Assembly (NCBI GenBank): GCA_963810935.1
Contig: CAWEPK010000010.1
Coordinates: forward strand, 297,208-361,207
DNA length: 64,000 nt
Direction of reading: 5' to 3'
Origin: an uncultured delta proteobacterium
GTDB lineage: Bacteria > Desulfobacterota > Syntrophorhabdia > Syntrophorhabdales > WCHB1-27
Part shown: positions 29,285-39,009 of the stretch, piece by piece
Layout of the letters: each line of letters opens with the position of its first letter
How positions within the stretch are numbered: position 1 is the stretch's first letter
Translations under genes and position numbers: made by a program
The notes under the pieces: model-generated
What the model was told of the DNA's origin: nothing
The model's input: only the letters and a program-made list of their open reading frames with translations
Databases searched by the model: none

Positions 29285-31206
29285 ATGAACGGCAGGTTGG
29301 GCCCTGGAGCACAGGGGCGGGGTCACGGCAGTCAACCGGTTTCCAATTTTCCGTGGAGGGGCATTCTCTGGCTCCTTATCCTCCTGTTCCTTCTCGGGCC
29401 CTGGTTGTCGCGGGCGTTCATGGGCCAGGGCGTCGAGATAGGCTACAGCACATTCCGCAGGCCCATCTCCAGGCAGGCAATGTAGCTAAGGTCACGATAC
29501 GGGGAGACAGGATTTCCGGGGAGCTACGGCAGTCCGCCGAAAAACAGGTCCCGCAGGGCAAACCGATAGCCTACACGAAGTTCATCACGTATGTCCCGTC
29601 CTTCGGCGACAACAGCCTTTTGCCCATGCTCGAAAGCAAGAAGGTGGAGATCAATACGGAGCCTACCGAAGACGCGGCCTTTTGGAGGGAAGTGCTCGCG
29701 GGAATGCTGCCTTTCCTCATCATTGTCGGTTTGGCCGTCTTCTATTTCAGGCGCAAGGGGTTGGGCGGGACACAGGGCATTTTCTCCTTCGGCGGGAGCC
29801 GGGCCCGCCTCTATGAAAAGGGGAAGGAAAGGACGACTTTCAGCGATGTGGCAGGCTCGCTCGGGGCCAAGGTCGAGCTCCAGGAGATAATAGAGTTCCT
29901 TAAGGACCCGGAGAAGATCCAGCGCCTGGGAGGGAAGGCGCCGAAGGGTGTCCTCCTAGTCGGTCCGCCCGGCACCGGCAAGACGCTGCTCGCCAGGGCC
30001 GTGGCCGGTGAAGCCGACGTGCCGTTCTTCAGCATAACCGGATCCGATTTTATGAAGGTGTTCGTGGGCGTCGGCGCTTCCCGTGTACGCAGCATGTTCG
30101 AGGACGCAAAGAAGATAGCGCCCGATATCATATTCATCGACGAGCTCGACTCTATCGGCAGAAAGCGGGGGGCGGGCATCGGCGGCGGCCAAGACGAGAG
30201 GGAGCAGACCCTCAACCAGCTCCTTTCGGCGATGGACGGCTTCAGCCCCAACGAGCACGTAGTCGTAATGGCGGCCACCAACCGCCCCGACGTCCTCGAC
30301 TCAGCCCTTCTGCGGCCGGGCCGGTTCGACAGGCGCATCACCGTGGACCTCCCCAGCCTGAAGGACCGCCTTTCCATCCTCAAAATCCACGCGAGGAACA
30401 AGCCCCTGTCGCCCGATCTCGACCTCGAGGAGGTCGCCCGCGGTACGCCGGGTTTTTCCGGGGCAGACCTCGAAAACCTCCTCAACGAGGCGGCCATCCT
30501 TGCCGCCCGCCGCAGCAAGGACAGGATAGAGCAGAAGGACATCGACGAGGCGATGGACAAGGTGCTGATGGGCCTCGAGCGTGAGAATATCGCTATAACC
30601 AACGAGGAGCGCGGCCTTCTGGCGTACCACGAAGGGGGCCACGCGGTTGTCGCTGCGGTATTGCCGGGCGCGGACCCCATCCATAAGGTCACCATCGTGC
30701 CCAGGGGGCAGGCTATGGGCGTGACCCGGCAGCTTCCGGAGACGGAAAAGTATATTTACGAGAAGAAGTATATGCTCGACCGCCTGACGGTCATGATGGG
30801 CGGACGGGCCGCCGAAGAGGTGGCGCGGGGGACTGCGACGAGCGGGGCCGCGCAAGACCTGAAGCAGGCGACGCTGCTTGCACGAAAGATGGTGCTCGAA
30901 TGGGGGATGAGCCCGAGACTCGGCCAGATGGCCGTCGGGGAGCCCGGCGAAGACGTTTTTTTGGGCTACGAGCTGGGCCAGCGGCGCGAGTACAGCGAAG
31001 AGACCGCGCGCGTCGCCGACGAGGAGATCAAGAGGATACTCAAGGAATCATTTGACCGCGCAGTAGAGACGCTGAAAGAACACCGTGACGGCCTGGACCG
31101 GGTCGCAAAGGACCTTATGGCGAAAGAAGAGCTTACGGGAAAAGAAGTCCTCGATCTGGTCGGGATGCACAAAGACGCGCGATACGGCGGACAAAAGGGG
31201 GCGTGA
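29285..31206 (+). CDS. ftsH: ATP-dependent zinc metalloprotease FtsH (probably a paralog), frameshifted near 29460
   Basis: Two TM segments, GPPGTGKT, IIFIDELD, TNRPDVLDSALLRPGRFDR, HEGGH. The N-terminal TM lies in another frame. Confidence 0.9.
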
Positions 31207-31294
31207 CAGGCCGGTCTCTCATTATGGCCGGCCCGGCGGAAGAGGCGCCTTTAAGGGCCTTTTTCAGAATTGCAGCTTCGCGGAAAGATTGGGC

Positions 31295-31705
31295 TTATTT
31301 GAGCTTGCCTATCGCGCTCCGGGCGCGCGCAAAGGCATCATCAAGCTCTTTGACCGATTTAACCGCCCCGCTTTCGACGTTATCTGCCAGTTTTTTCAAT
31401 TCCTGTCCCGCGTCCAGGAGCCCTTCTTTGACGTCTGCAGACGCGGCTTCCGATTCGAGCCGGACGAACGCTGCCGCCTTGCGGATCTCGTCACCTGCCT
31501 TTTTCACGTCTTTCTTCACAAAGCTCTCGCGGGCCTTCTGGAGGTGGCCTGCGGCCTCTTCCTTGAGCGATACGAGCGACTGCCTGTCCACGCACACCTT
31601 GTCGCCGCCGGGAGCAGCCTGCGACTGGGCGTGAATCGAGACCGGGAACACCAGGACAAGAGAAACGAAAGATGCCAATCCAATGCCTAAGCACTTAAGA
31701 ACCAT
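31295..31705 (-). CDS. Exported helical hypothetical protein
   Basis: GGAGG RBS, signal peptide ending SIHA-QS, Lys/Ala/Glu-rich helices. Confidence 0.65.
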   Translation of the reverse strand: MVLKCLGIGLASFVSLVLVFPVSIHAQSQAAPGGDKVCVDRQSLVSLKEEAAGHLQKARESFVKKDVKKAGDEIRKAAAFVRLESEAASADVKEGLLDAGQELKKLADNVESGAVKSVKELDDAFARARSAIGKLK

Positions 31706-31787
31706 GACTGCCTCCATGTTGAAAGCAATGCAAACCTCACGGCAATCAGGACACATGCAATCTACGACGGCATGCTCAGAAGGCGTG

Positions 31788-32457
31788 CTATCCGCCTTCA
31801 CCCGGCCCCATTGCCTCACCGCCCATATCGTGACCCGCCGTCATTCCCTGCCCCATCCGGCCCATGCCGCCCCCGTAACGCGACATGACCATAACGTCCA
31901 GCCGCTGCATCTGCTCCGGCGTCAGGATGCTTCGGGCATCGATCATCGCTTGGGCCCTTCTCAACGTGAGGCGGTCCCGGATCGATATCATCTCCTTCTC
32001 CTTGGCCATGAGCGCCGCCGGATCGGCCTTGGGGTCGGTATATAGTCTGTGCATCTCAAGCCATTTCTCGGCCAGATCGAACTTCAGGTTGCGGGTGTCG
32101 CTGTAATAAAGGTTCCAGATATCGCGCATCCTGGCTGTCTGTTCTTTTGTGAGACCGAGATAGGAGGCCATCTGCTGCCGGCGGGCATAGCCCGGCATAG
32201 GGCCTCCTGGGCCCCGGCCGAAGCGGTCCGGCCCATATTCCTCCCCGGAGAAGACGGACGGGGGCGGGCCAAGGGGCGGGGACTGCGCGCCGCCAGGGGG
32301 CGATGCGGGACTGCCGCGTATTGGCGCCGATCACGAGCTGAATGCCATCGCCGGCGCTCGTATCGATTGCGCCGGCCTGCACCGGGTTAAGGAACACGCA
32401 AAGAACAGCCGCAAACGCAAAGAGTGGAAGGGCTTTCCCATCGGCCTTCAATGTCAT
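31788..32457 (-). CDS. Spy/CpxP/ZraP-like periplasmic protein, frameshifted near 32300-32330
   Basis: The signal-peptide ORF joins a Pro/Gly linker, LGLTKEQ...ILTPEQ (LTxxQ motifs) and a Met/Gly-rich tail. Confidence 0.75.
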
Positions 32458-32641
32458 TCGACACCTCCGTCACACATTCTTACCGAAGAAACATAAGTCG
32501 GGGGACCTGGCAAGGCAACAACCGTGGGCGGAAGGGGCCCCGAAGGGATGAAAAAAGGAACAAAACAAGTTATGATATAAGGGCTTAACGGCACCGCGCA
32601 TCTATGGCCCGGTGCGTGAACCGGCTGATTTTAGGAGTACA

Positions 32642-33259
32642 ATGTCAACAATCAGTATAATGAAAGAATACGGAAAATCGGTGTTTATCGCCCTCTTGCT
32701 GGCCCTTTTTGTGAGGAGCTTCGTAGTCGAGGCGTTCAGCGTGCCTTCCGCCTCGATGACGCCCACCTTGCTGGCAGGCGATTACCTGCTGGTCAACAGA
32801 CTTTCTTATGTAGTGAAGGCGCCTTTCACCGACCTCGTTCTTTTGAACCTGGGGGACCCGAAGCCCGGCGACACGGTCGTCTTCCGCTACCCGATGGACC
32901 ACACCAAGGACTTTGTCAAAAGGGTGGTGGCAATAGGGGGCGATACCGTTGAGATCAGAGACAAGGTCCTCTACGTAAACGGGAAGAGGGTGAATGTGGC
33001 CGCCGTACAGTTCACGAGCCGCCAGGACCTTCCCGCTTATCTGTCTCCACGGGACAACCTCCGCCCGGTAACCGTACCCGCCGGCTCCTGCTTCGTCATG
33101 GGGGACAACAGGGACGATAGCCTGGACAGCAGATACTGGGGGTTCGTGAAAAAAGACGACCTGATCGGAAAGGTCGAGATCCTTTACTTTTCTTATGACC
33201 TTGGCGCCGACCCGCTTCACGCCGTCAGGTGGCAGAGGATCGGGCGCCTCATAAAATAA
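32642..33259 (+). CDS. lepB: Signal peptidase I
   Basis: VPSASMTPTL (Ser), DFVKRVV (Lys), MGDNRDDSLDSRYWG. Confidence 0.93.
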   Translation: MSTISIMKEYGKSVFIALLLALFVRSFVVEAFSVPSASMTPTLLAGDYLLVNRLSYVVKAPFTDLVLLNLGDPKPGDTVVFRYPMDHTKDFVKRVVAIGGDTVEIRDKVLYVNGKRVNVAAVQFTSRQDLPAYLSPRDNLRPVTVPAGSCFVMGDNRDDSLDSRYWGFVKKDDLIGKVEILYFSYDLGADPLHAVRWQRIGRLIK

Positions 33260-33295
33260 CGGCAGGCCGGGGACGGCTCCTGCCGGTCCGTCTCT

Positions 33296-33586
33296 TTACC
33301 GGGACCGCTTCGCCTTTCCGCCGGCCGTCTTTTTGCCGGCGCCCGACAGGCAGTCCGCACATATCCATCCGTCGCCGACTTCTTCAGCGCCGGCTATCGG
33401 CTTGACCCTGACGCAGTTCAGGCACCTTATCTCCTGGACCCCTGCCGCCATCAACTGCACCTTTCTGGGCAAAGGCTCTTTTCTCAATACCAGCGTCCTG
33501 TCCTGATACTCAAGCTCGGCCTCCGGCGTTTCTTCGATCTCGTATTCCTCTTCCTGGCGTCCGGCTGCATTCATTTTTCTGCTCAT
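33296..33586 (-). CDS. Hypothetical protein with C-terminal zinc finger (CxxC..CxxC)
   Basis: GGAG RBS; CLNC and WICADC. Confidence 0.55.
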   Translation of the reverse strand: MSRKMNAAGRQEEEYEIEETPEAELEYQDRTLVLRKEPLPRKVQLMAAGVQEIRCLNCVRVKPIAGAEEVGDGWICADCLSGAGKKTAGGKAKRSR

Positions 33587-33777
33587 AATGTCACCTGCTC
33601 CTCCCGGCCGGCCGGGGTTGCGCCTGACCTGCCCGGGATCATTGTACTCCATATCGTATGGGGTACTTTCTGTATTTCTTATCGAGTACAATATAGTACG
33701 CCGAGATTAAAACCGCATTAGGCGCGGATTAAAATCTATCTTTCGCCCGTTAATTTTTGCAAAATTCACTCCTCCCG

Positions 33778-34912
33778 TCAATCCAACGACTTCTGGAACC
33801 TGAAAACGCTGACGCCGAGCATGATGACGCCGAGCAGCGCCATACCCGCCATATCCTGCCAGAGGACGCTTAACCCGGCGCCCTTGAGATAGACGGAGCG
33901 CAGGACCTCCTGAAAGTAGCGCAAGGGGTCGAGGTAGGTCAGCCATTGCAACGCCTCCGGCATGTTGCTTATCGGCGTGCCGAAACCCGAAAAGATGATC
34001 GAGGGGATAAAAAAGAAAAAGGCGGTCGTCATCGCCTGCTGCTGCGTCCTCGACACCGTGGAGATGAAAAGACCGATGCCGAGCACGCTCAAAAGGAACA
34101 GGACCGTGCCGAGGCCCAACACGCCTATGCTGCCGCGCAGGGGGACGCCGAACCAAAGGCTTCCGAAGACCGATACGAGGATTGCGTCGAAAAGCCCGAT
34201 GGCGAAGAAAGGAACTGTCTTGCCCAGTATAAATTCGATACGGCGGATGGGGGTGACCATGATCTGCTCGAGCGTGCCTATCTCGCGCTCCCTCACCACC
34301 GCAAAGGCGGTCAGGTTTATGACGATCACCATGATCAGGTTGCCGATGACGCCGGGTATGAAGAACCAGCGGTCCGATATGTCCGTATTGTACCAGGGCC
34401 TGCGGTCGAGCATGATGCGAGGCAGGCCTGCCGCGACTGCCGGCTGCAAGCGCCTCAAACGGTCCGTCTGGTAGTCCCGGCCGAAGACGGCGGCCACCTG
34501 GTTTACGTAGCCCAGGCCGATCAGGGCCGTGTTGGAATTGCTGCTGTCAACGATCACCTGTATGTGCGCCGCATTACCCTTCTCCAGGTCCCTCGTGAAT
34601 CCGTCGTTGATCTGCATCGCTATGGTAATGTCCCCGGCGTCGATCAGGCCGGGGATCTCCCTGCGGTCGGCCGGCAGGGTACGTACCTTGAAAGTATTGG
34701 CTTGCCTTGAAGCGGGAGATGAGGTCGCGGGTGGCCTGGGTGTTATCGTAATCGAGTATCGCGGTCGGAACATGCTTTATCTCAAGGGTGGCGGCATAGC
34801 CGAAGATCAGCATCTGTATGATCGGTGGGCCGAAAAGCAGAAAGCGCGTCCGCCTGTCCCGGAAAACCTGGATGAATTCCTTTATGAGCATATGGCGCAG
34901 ACGACCGAGCAT
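33778..34912 (-). CDS. ABC-2 permease (YbhR-like), frameshifted near 34692
   Basis: MLGRLRHMLIKEFIQVFRD joins ..VVREREIGTLEQIMVTP..DPLRYF if one extra T is removed. Confidence 0.88.
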
Positions 34913-34919
34913 ATTCCCT

Positions 34920-36053
34920 CTATCCCAGCTTTTTCTTGAAGACGCGTGTGGCGGCGAAAACGAGAAGGCACGCGAGGACCGCCAGCGCAATAAGGTCGTT
35001 CCGCATCACCGTCACTGCCGAGCCCTTGAGAAAGACGTTCCGTATGACGGACATATAGTACCGGGCGGGCATCAGGTAGGTAATCCCCTGGACAACGGCG
35101 GGAAGCTGGTCGAGGGGGAAGAGGAACCCCGAGAGGAGGAACGCGGGAAGGAACGTTACCAGAAGCGACGCCTGGCTTGCCGCGAGCTGCGACTTCGCCA
35201 CGACCGAAATGAAATACCCCAGGGAAAGGACGACTATCAGGAAAAGGGCGGAGCTCATTAAGAAGACGGCCCAGCTCCCCCGGAAGGGCACGCCGAACCA
35301 TAAGATGCCGAAGACCGTGCACAGGCAGGTGTCGAGCATCCCTACGGCAAAATAGGGCGTAAGCTTGCCGAGCATCAATTCGAGGGCGGTCACAGGCGTA
35401 GAGATAAGCTGCTCCATCGTGCCCCTCTCCCATTCCCTGGCGATGGTGAGGGCCGTAAGGAACGTTCCGATAACGGCCATCACGATGACTACGACGCCCG
35501 GCACAATGTTGGCTGCGCTTTCGAGGTTCTCGTTGAACCATGTCCTCGCGTCTACGGTGAGCGGCGCCTGGACCCATGTTTGCCCGTGGCGCAAGGCCCA
35601 GTTCATCTGCACCTGCTGCGAATAGGCCTGGACTACCGCCTCGCTGTACGCGATTGCCAGGTTCGCGGTGTTGCTGTCCGTCGCGTCGATCAGCGCCTGT
35701 ATGCTTACAGGCCGGCCTTCGCTCAGCCGCTGGGAGAAGTCGTGCGGGATGACGACTGCGAGCTTGCACTTCCCTTCATCGAGGGCGCGCACAATCGCAG
35801 GGTAGTTATCGACTGTGCGGACTACCTGGAAATACTCCGATGCCTGGAAGCGCTTCAACAGGTCCTGGCTCGCCTGGCTGCCCTCCCGGTCGAAGCAGTA
35901 TACGGGCAGGTGCTTCAGGTCCACGCTGACGCCATACCCGAAAACGAGCATCATGACGATAGGCATGGCGACGACTATGCCGATGCTCCTCGCGTCGCGG
36001 GCTATCTGGAGCACTTCCTTCCATGCGACAGCCTTCAGCCGGTGCAGTTTCAT
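34920..36053 (-). CDS. ABC-2 permease (YbhS-like)
   Basis: KEVLQIARD, TIAREWERGTMEQLISTP, PAFLLSG. Confidence 0.9.
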   Translation of the reverse strand: MKLHRLKAVAWKEVLQIARDARSIGIVVAMPIVMMLVFGYGVSVDLKHLPVYCFDREGSQASQDLLKRFQASEYFQVVRTVDNYPAIVRALDEGKCKLAVVIPHDFSQRLSEGRPVSIQALIDATDSNTANLAIAYSEAVVQAYSQQVQMNWALRHGQTWVQAPLTVDARTWFNENLESAANIVPGVVVIVMAVIGTFLTALTIAREWERGTMEQLISTPVTALELMLGKLTPYFAVGMLDTCLCTVFGILWFGVPFRGSWAVFLMSSALFLIVVLSLGYFISVVAKSQLAASQASLLVTFLPAFLLSGFLFPLDQLPAVVQGITYLMPARYYMSVIRNVFLKGSAVTVMRNDLIALAVLACLLVFAATRVFKKKLG

Positions 36054-37012
36054 TGCCTGGTCGCTCCACGGCCGTGCTCGTCCCTGCGGCTCGTAAGGGA
36101 GACGAAGACGTCTTCGAGGGTGGGGGCGATTTGCCCGATCCTGCGGACGGCCACGCCCTTTTCGGAAAGATACCCCTTGAGGACGGGCGCGGATTCTGCG
36201 GCCGCGGCTACGACGACGTGGATCGAGTCGCCGAAGATGGCGGAGTCAAGCACCACTGGGTGCACCTGCAAAAACTCCAGCGCTTGCACTACCCGGTCGC
36301 ATTCGAGGTTTAGCAGCTCGCCTTTCATTTTTTCCCGCTTCAGCTCCGACGGCGAGCCTGCCGCGACGATCCGCCCGGCGTCGATGAGGACCAGGCGCCG
36401 GCAATACTCCGCCTCGTCCATGTAATGGGTCGTCACGAAGACCGTCGCCCCGTCCGATGCCATGCGCTGGATCAGCTCCCAGAATTGCCGCCTGGAGATG
36501 GGGTCCACGCCGGACGTCGGCTCGTCGAGGAAGACTATCCGCGGGTGGTGAAGCACTGCGCAACCGAGCGCGAGGCGCTGTTTCCATCCGGTCGCGAGCG
36601 TCCCCGTGATGGTCGATTCGCGGCCTTTCAGCCCCGCCATCCCGAGCACCCATTCGATCCGCTCGGGCAGCATAGAGGCGGGCACGCTGTACATGCCGGC
36701 GAAAAAACGGATGTTCTCTATCACTTTCAGGTCGTTGTACAGCGAAAAACGCTGGGACATATACCCTATCTGCTGGCGGACGGCCTCGGGCCTGCGGCTG
36801 ACGTCGATGCCTGCGACGGCCGCAGAGCCGGAAGTCGGGCGCAGCAACCCGCACAGGATGCGTATCGTCGTGGATTTGCCGGCGCCGTTGGGCCCGAGAA
36901 AACCAAATATCTCACCAGGGCTTGCCTCCAGGCTCACGTGGTTTACTGCGGTGAACGACCCGAACCTCTTCACCAGGTCGCGCACGACTACCGAGGGAGC
37001 TTCGCTAGGCAT
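36050..37012 (-). CDS. ABC transporter ATP-binding protein
   Basis: GPNGAGKST, FLDEPTSGVDP, TTHYMDEAE. Confidence 0.93.
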   Translation of the reverse strand: MPSEAPSVVVRDLVKRFGSFTAVNHVSLEASPGEIFGFLGPNGAGKSTTIRILCGLLRPTSGSAAVAGIDVSRRPEAVRQQIGYMSQRFSLYNDLKVIENIRFFAGMYSVPASMLPERIEWVLGMAGLKGRESTITGTLATGWKQRLALGCAVLHHPRIVFLDEPTSGVDPISRRQFWELIQRMASDGATVFVTTHYMDEAEYCRRLVLIDAGRIVAAGSPSELKREKMKGELLNLECDRVVQALEFLQVHPVVLDSAIFGDSIHVVVAAAAESAPVLKGYLSEKGVAVRRIGQIAPTLEDVFVSLTSRRDEHGRGATRQ

Positions 37013-37952
37013 GACCAGCCCCCGCGATTGCCTGGACGAAAAGGTCTTCTATCGTGGCTGTCGTTTGCTCAATGCGGTCAAAGGGCGCGTTGAGGGACGC
37101 CAACCGCGCCTGCAATTCGGGGACGCGCTTTGAGGCGTCGTCTACCAGGAGCCGCAGCCTGTCCCCCACAAGCAGGATGCTCGACACACCAACCGCGCCT
37201 GTGAGGGCGTCGTCCAGCCGCCTCGGCTCCGGGGAGATCACCGAGACGACCTCGCCTGCGACCTTTTTCCTCAGCCCTTCGGGCGTATCGACGTACAGGA
37301 GCCGCCCCTGGTGGAGCAAGGCCACGCGATGGCAGCGCTCCGCTTCGTCGAGGTACGACGTCGAGATGAGGATCGCGATCTTCTCGTCGAGCAATGCATA
37401 GAGGATAGCCCAGAAATCGCGGCGGGAGACCGGGTCTACACCGTTCGTCGGCTCGTCGAGGAGGATCACCCTGGGCGTATGTATCAGCGCGCAGACCAGT
37501 CCCAGCTTCTGCTTCATGCCTCCGGAAAGCTGCCCGGCAAGGCGCTTGCCGAAAGGGGCCATCCCTGCGGCTGCGAGCAGCCTGGATGCGCGGCGCTCCA
37601 TATCCGCCCGGCCCAGGCCGAAGAGGCCCGCGTAAAAGCGGATGTTCTCTTCCACAGTCAGGTCTTCGTAGAGGCCGAACCGCTGCGACATGTAGCTTAC
37701 CTGGTGCTTGACGCCTTCGGGATCGCGGGTGACGTCAAAGCCGGCGATATCCGCAGATCCGGAAGTCGGGGTAAGCACACCGGCAAGCATCCGGATCGTC
37801 GTAGTCTTGCCCGCACCGTCAGGCCCTACGAGGCCGAATATCTCCCCGTGGCCGACGTCGAAGCTTAAGGTATCTACTGCGGTAACGCCGGGGAATTCCA
37901 TTGTCAGCCCGGCTGCTGCTATGGCGCGGCCGTTGCCTTGCTCCGTGCTCAA
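37005..37952 (-). CDS. ABC transporter ATP-binding protein
   Basis: GPDGAGKTT, LSGGMKQK, LLDEPTNGVDP. Confidence 0.93.
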   Translation of the reverse strand: MSTEQGNGRAIAAAGLTMEFPGVTAVDTLSFDVGHGEIFGLVGPDGAGKTTTIRMLAGVLTPTSGSADIAGFDVTRDPEGVKHQVSYMSQRFGLYEDLTVEENIRFYAGLFGLGRADMERRASRLLAAAGMAPFGKRLAGQLSGGMKQKLGLVCALIHTPRVILLDEPTNGVDPVSRRDFWAILYALLDEKIAILISTSYLDEAERCHRVALLHQGRLLYVDTPEGLRKKVAGEVVSVISPEPRRLDDALTGAVGVSSILLVGDRLRLLVDDASKRVPELQARLASLNAPFDRIEQTTATIEDLFVQAIAGAGHA

Positions 37953-38956
37953 CGGCCCGCCCCTTCGATTACTGCGTCGGCGGGCATGCCCGGCTTCAGC
38001 TCATGGTCGGGGTTTTCCAGGTCTATCTTAATCCGGTAGACGAGGGTAACACGCTCTTTGTGGGTCTCCACGCTTTTCGGCGTGAACTCCGCGACGGACG
38101 AGATGAACGATACGCGCCCTCTGTATTTCTTTCCCGGGAACGTGTCCGTCGTTACCGTCGCGGCCTGTCCCCAGCGCACGCGCCCAAGGTCCGTCTCGTT
38201 GATATAACCGCGCAGCCAGAGATGGTCGATGTCGGCAATCGTCACTACCGGGGAGCCGGGCAGCATGACTTCCCCCAACTCGGCCTGCCGAACGGTGACC
38301 ACGCCTGTCTTCGGCGCATAGAGCGACGTGTAGGAGAGCCGGATGCGCGACAGGTCGAGGCTCTGTCTGGCCGTCTGCACGTTCGCCCGGTTTATCGCAA
38401 TCTGCTCCTTACGCGTACCCTCCTGAAGCTCGTTGTAGGATTGGGCGGTGCGCTCGTAGGCGGTCCGCGCCCGCTTCAGGTTCGTTTCCGCCGTATCCCT
38501 CGTCTCCGCTGAGACAAGGGCATTTTTCGCGTATAGCGCTTGGTTGCGCCGGAACTCGACTTCTTTCAGCTCCAGGTCCGCTTTGGCATCGAGCACGGAT
38601 TGCTCGGCGGCTTTGATCTCCTGCCCGCGCGTCCCGGCAAGGGCGAGGTTCAGCTCGGCTATCCTGGAGTTGAGCAAGGCCTCGTCTATCTTTACCTGCT
38701 GCTCGTAATCGCCTCTGTCGAGCCGCGCGACAAGGTCTCCCGCACGTACATACCGGCCTTCCTGCACTGGCAAGTCCTCCAGGCGGCCCTGCACCTTGAA
38801 ACCCACGAGGCTTTCGTGGGCCTCGATGTTGCCGGAGACGGTCAATGCATTGCCCTGCGGCTTGCGCGCTGCGAGGAGAACGAGCAGAACGATGAGGCAA
38901 GCCGCGATTGCGGCGATTATGACTATCGTAACGATCTTTTTTCGCGTGGCCGGCAT
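37949..38956 (-). CDS. HlyD-family membrane fusion protein (YbhG-like)
   Basis: N-terminal TM, VSGNIEA, coiled coil, AEFTPKSVET, LKPGMPAD. Confidence 0.9.
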   Translation of the reverse strand: MPATRKKIVTIVIIAAIAACLIVLLVLLAARKPQGNALTVSGNIEAHESLVGFKVQGRLEDLPVQEGRYVRAGDLVARLDRGDYEQQVKIDEALLNSRIAELNLALAGTRGQEIKAAEQSVLDAKADLELKEVEFRRNQALYAKNALVSAETRDTAETNLKRARTAYERTAQSYNELQEGTRKEQIAINRANVQTARQSLDLSRIRLSYTSLYAPKTGVVTVRQAELGEVMLPGSPVVTIADIDHLWLRGYINETDLGRVRWGQAATVTTDTFPGKKYRGRVSFISSVAEFTPKSVETHKERVTLVYRIKIDLENPDHELKPGMPADAVIEGAGR

Positions 38957-39009
38957 TAGCCTCCCTCCAGTCAGCCGAGCTTTCGAAAACCCCGGCTGCC
39001 TCCTGACGA

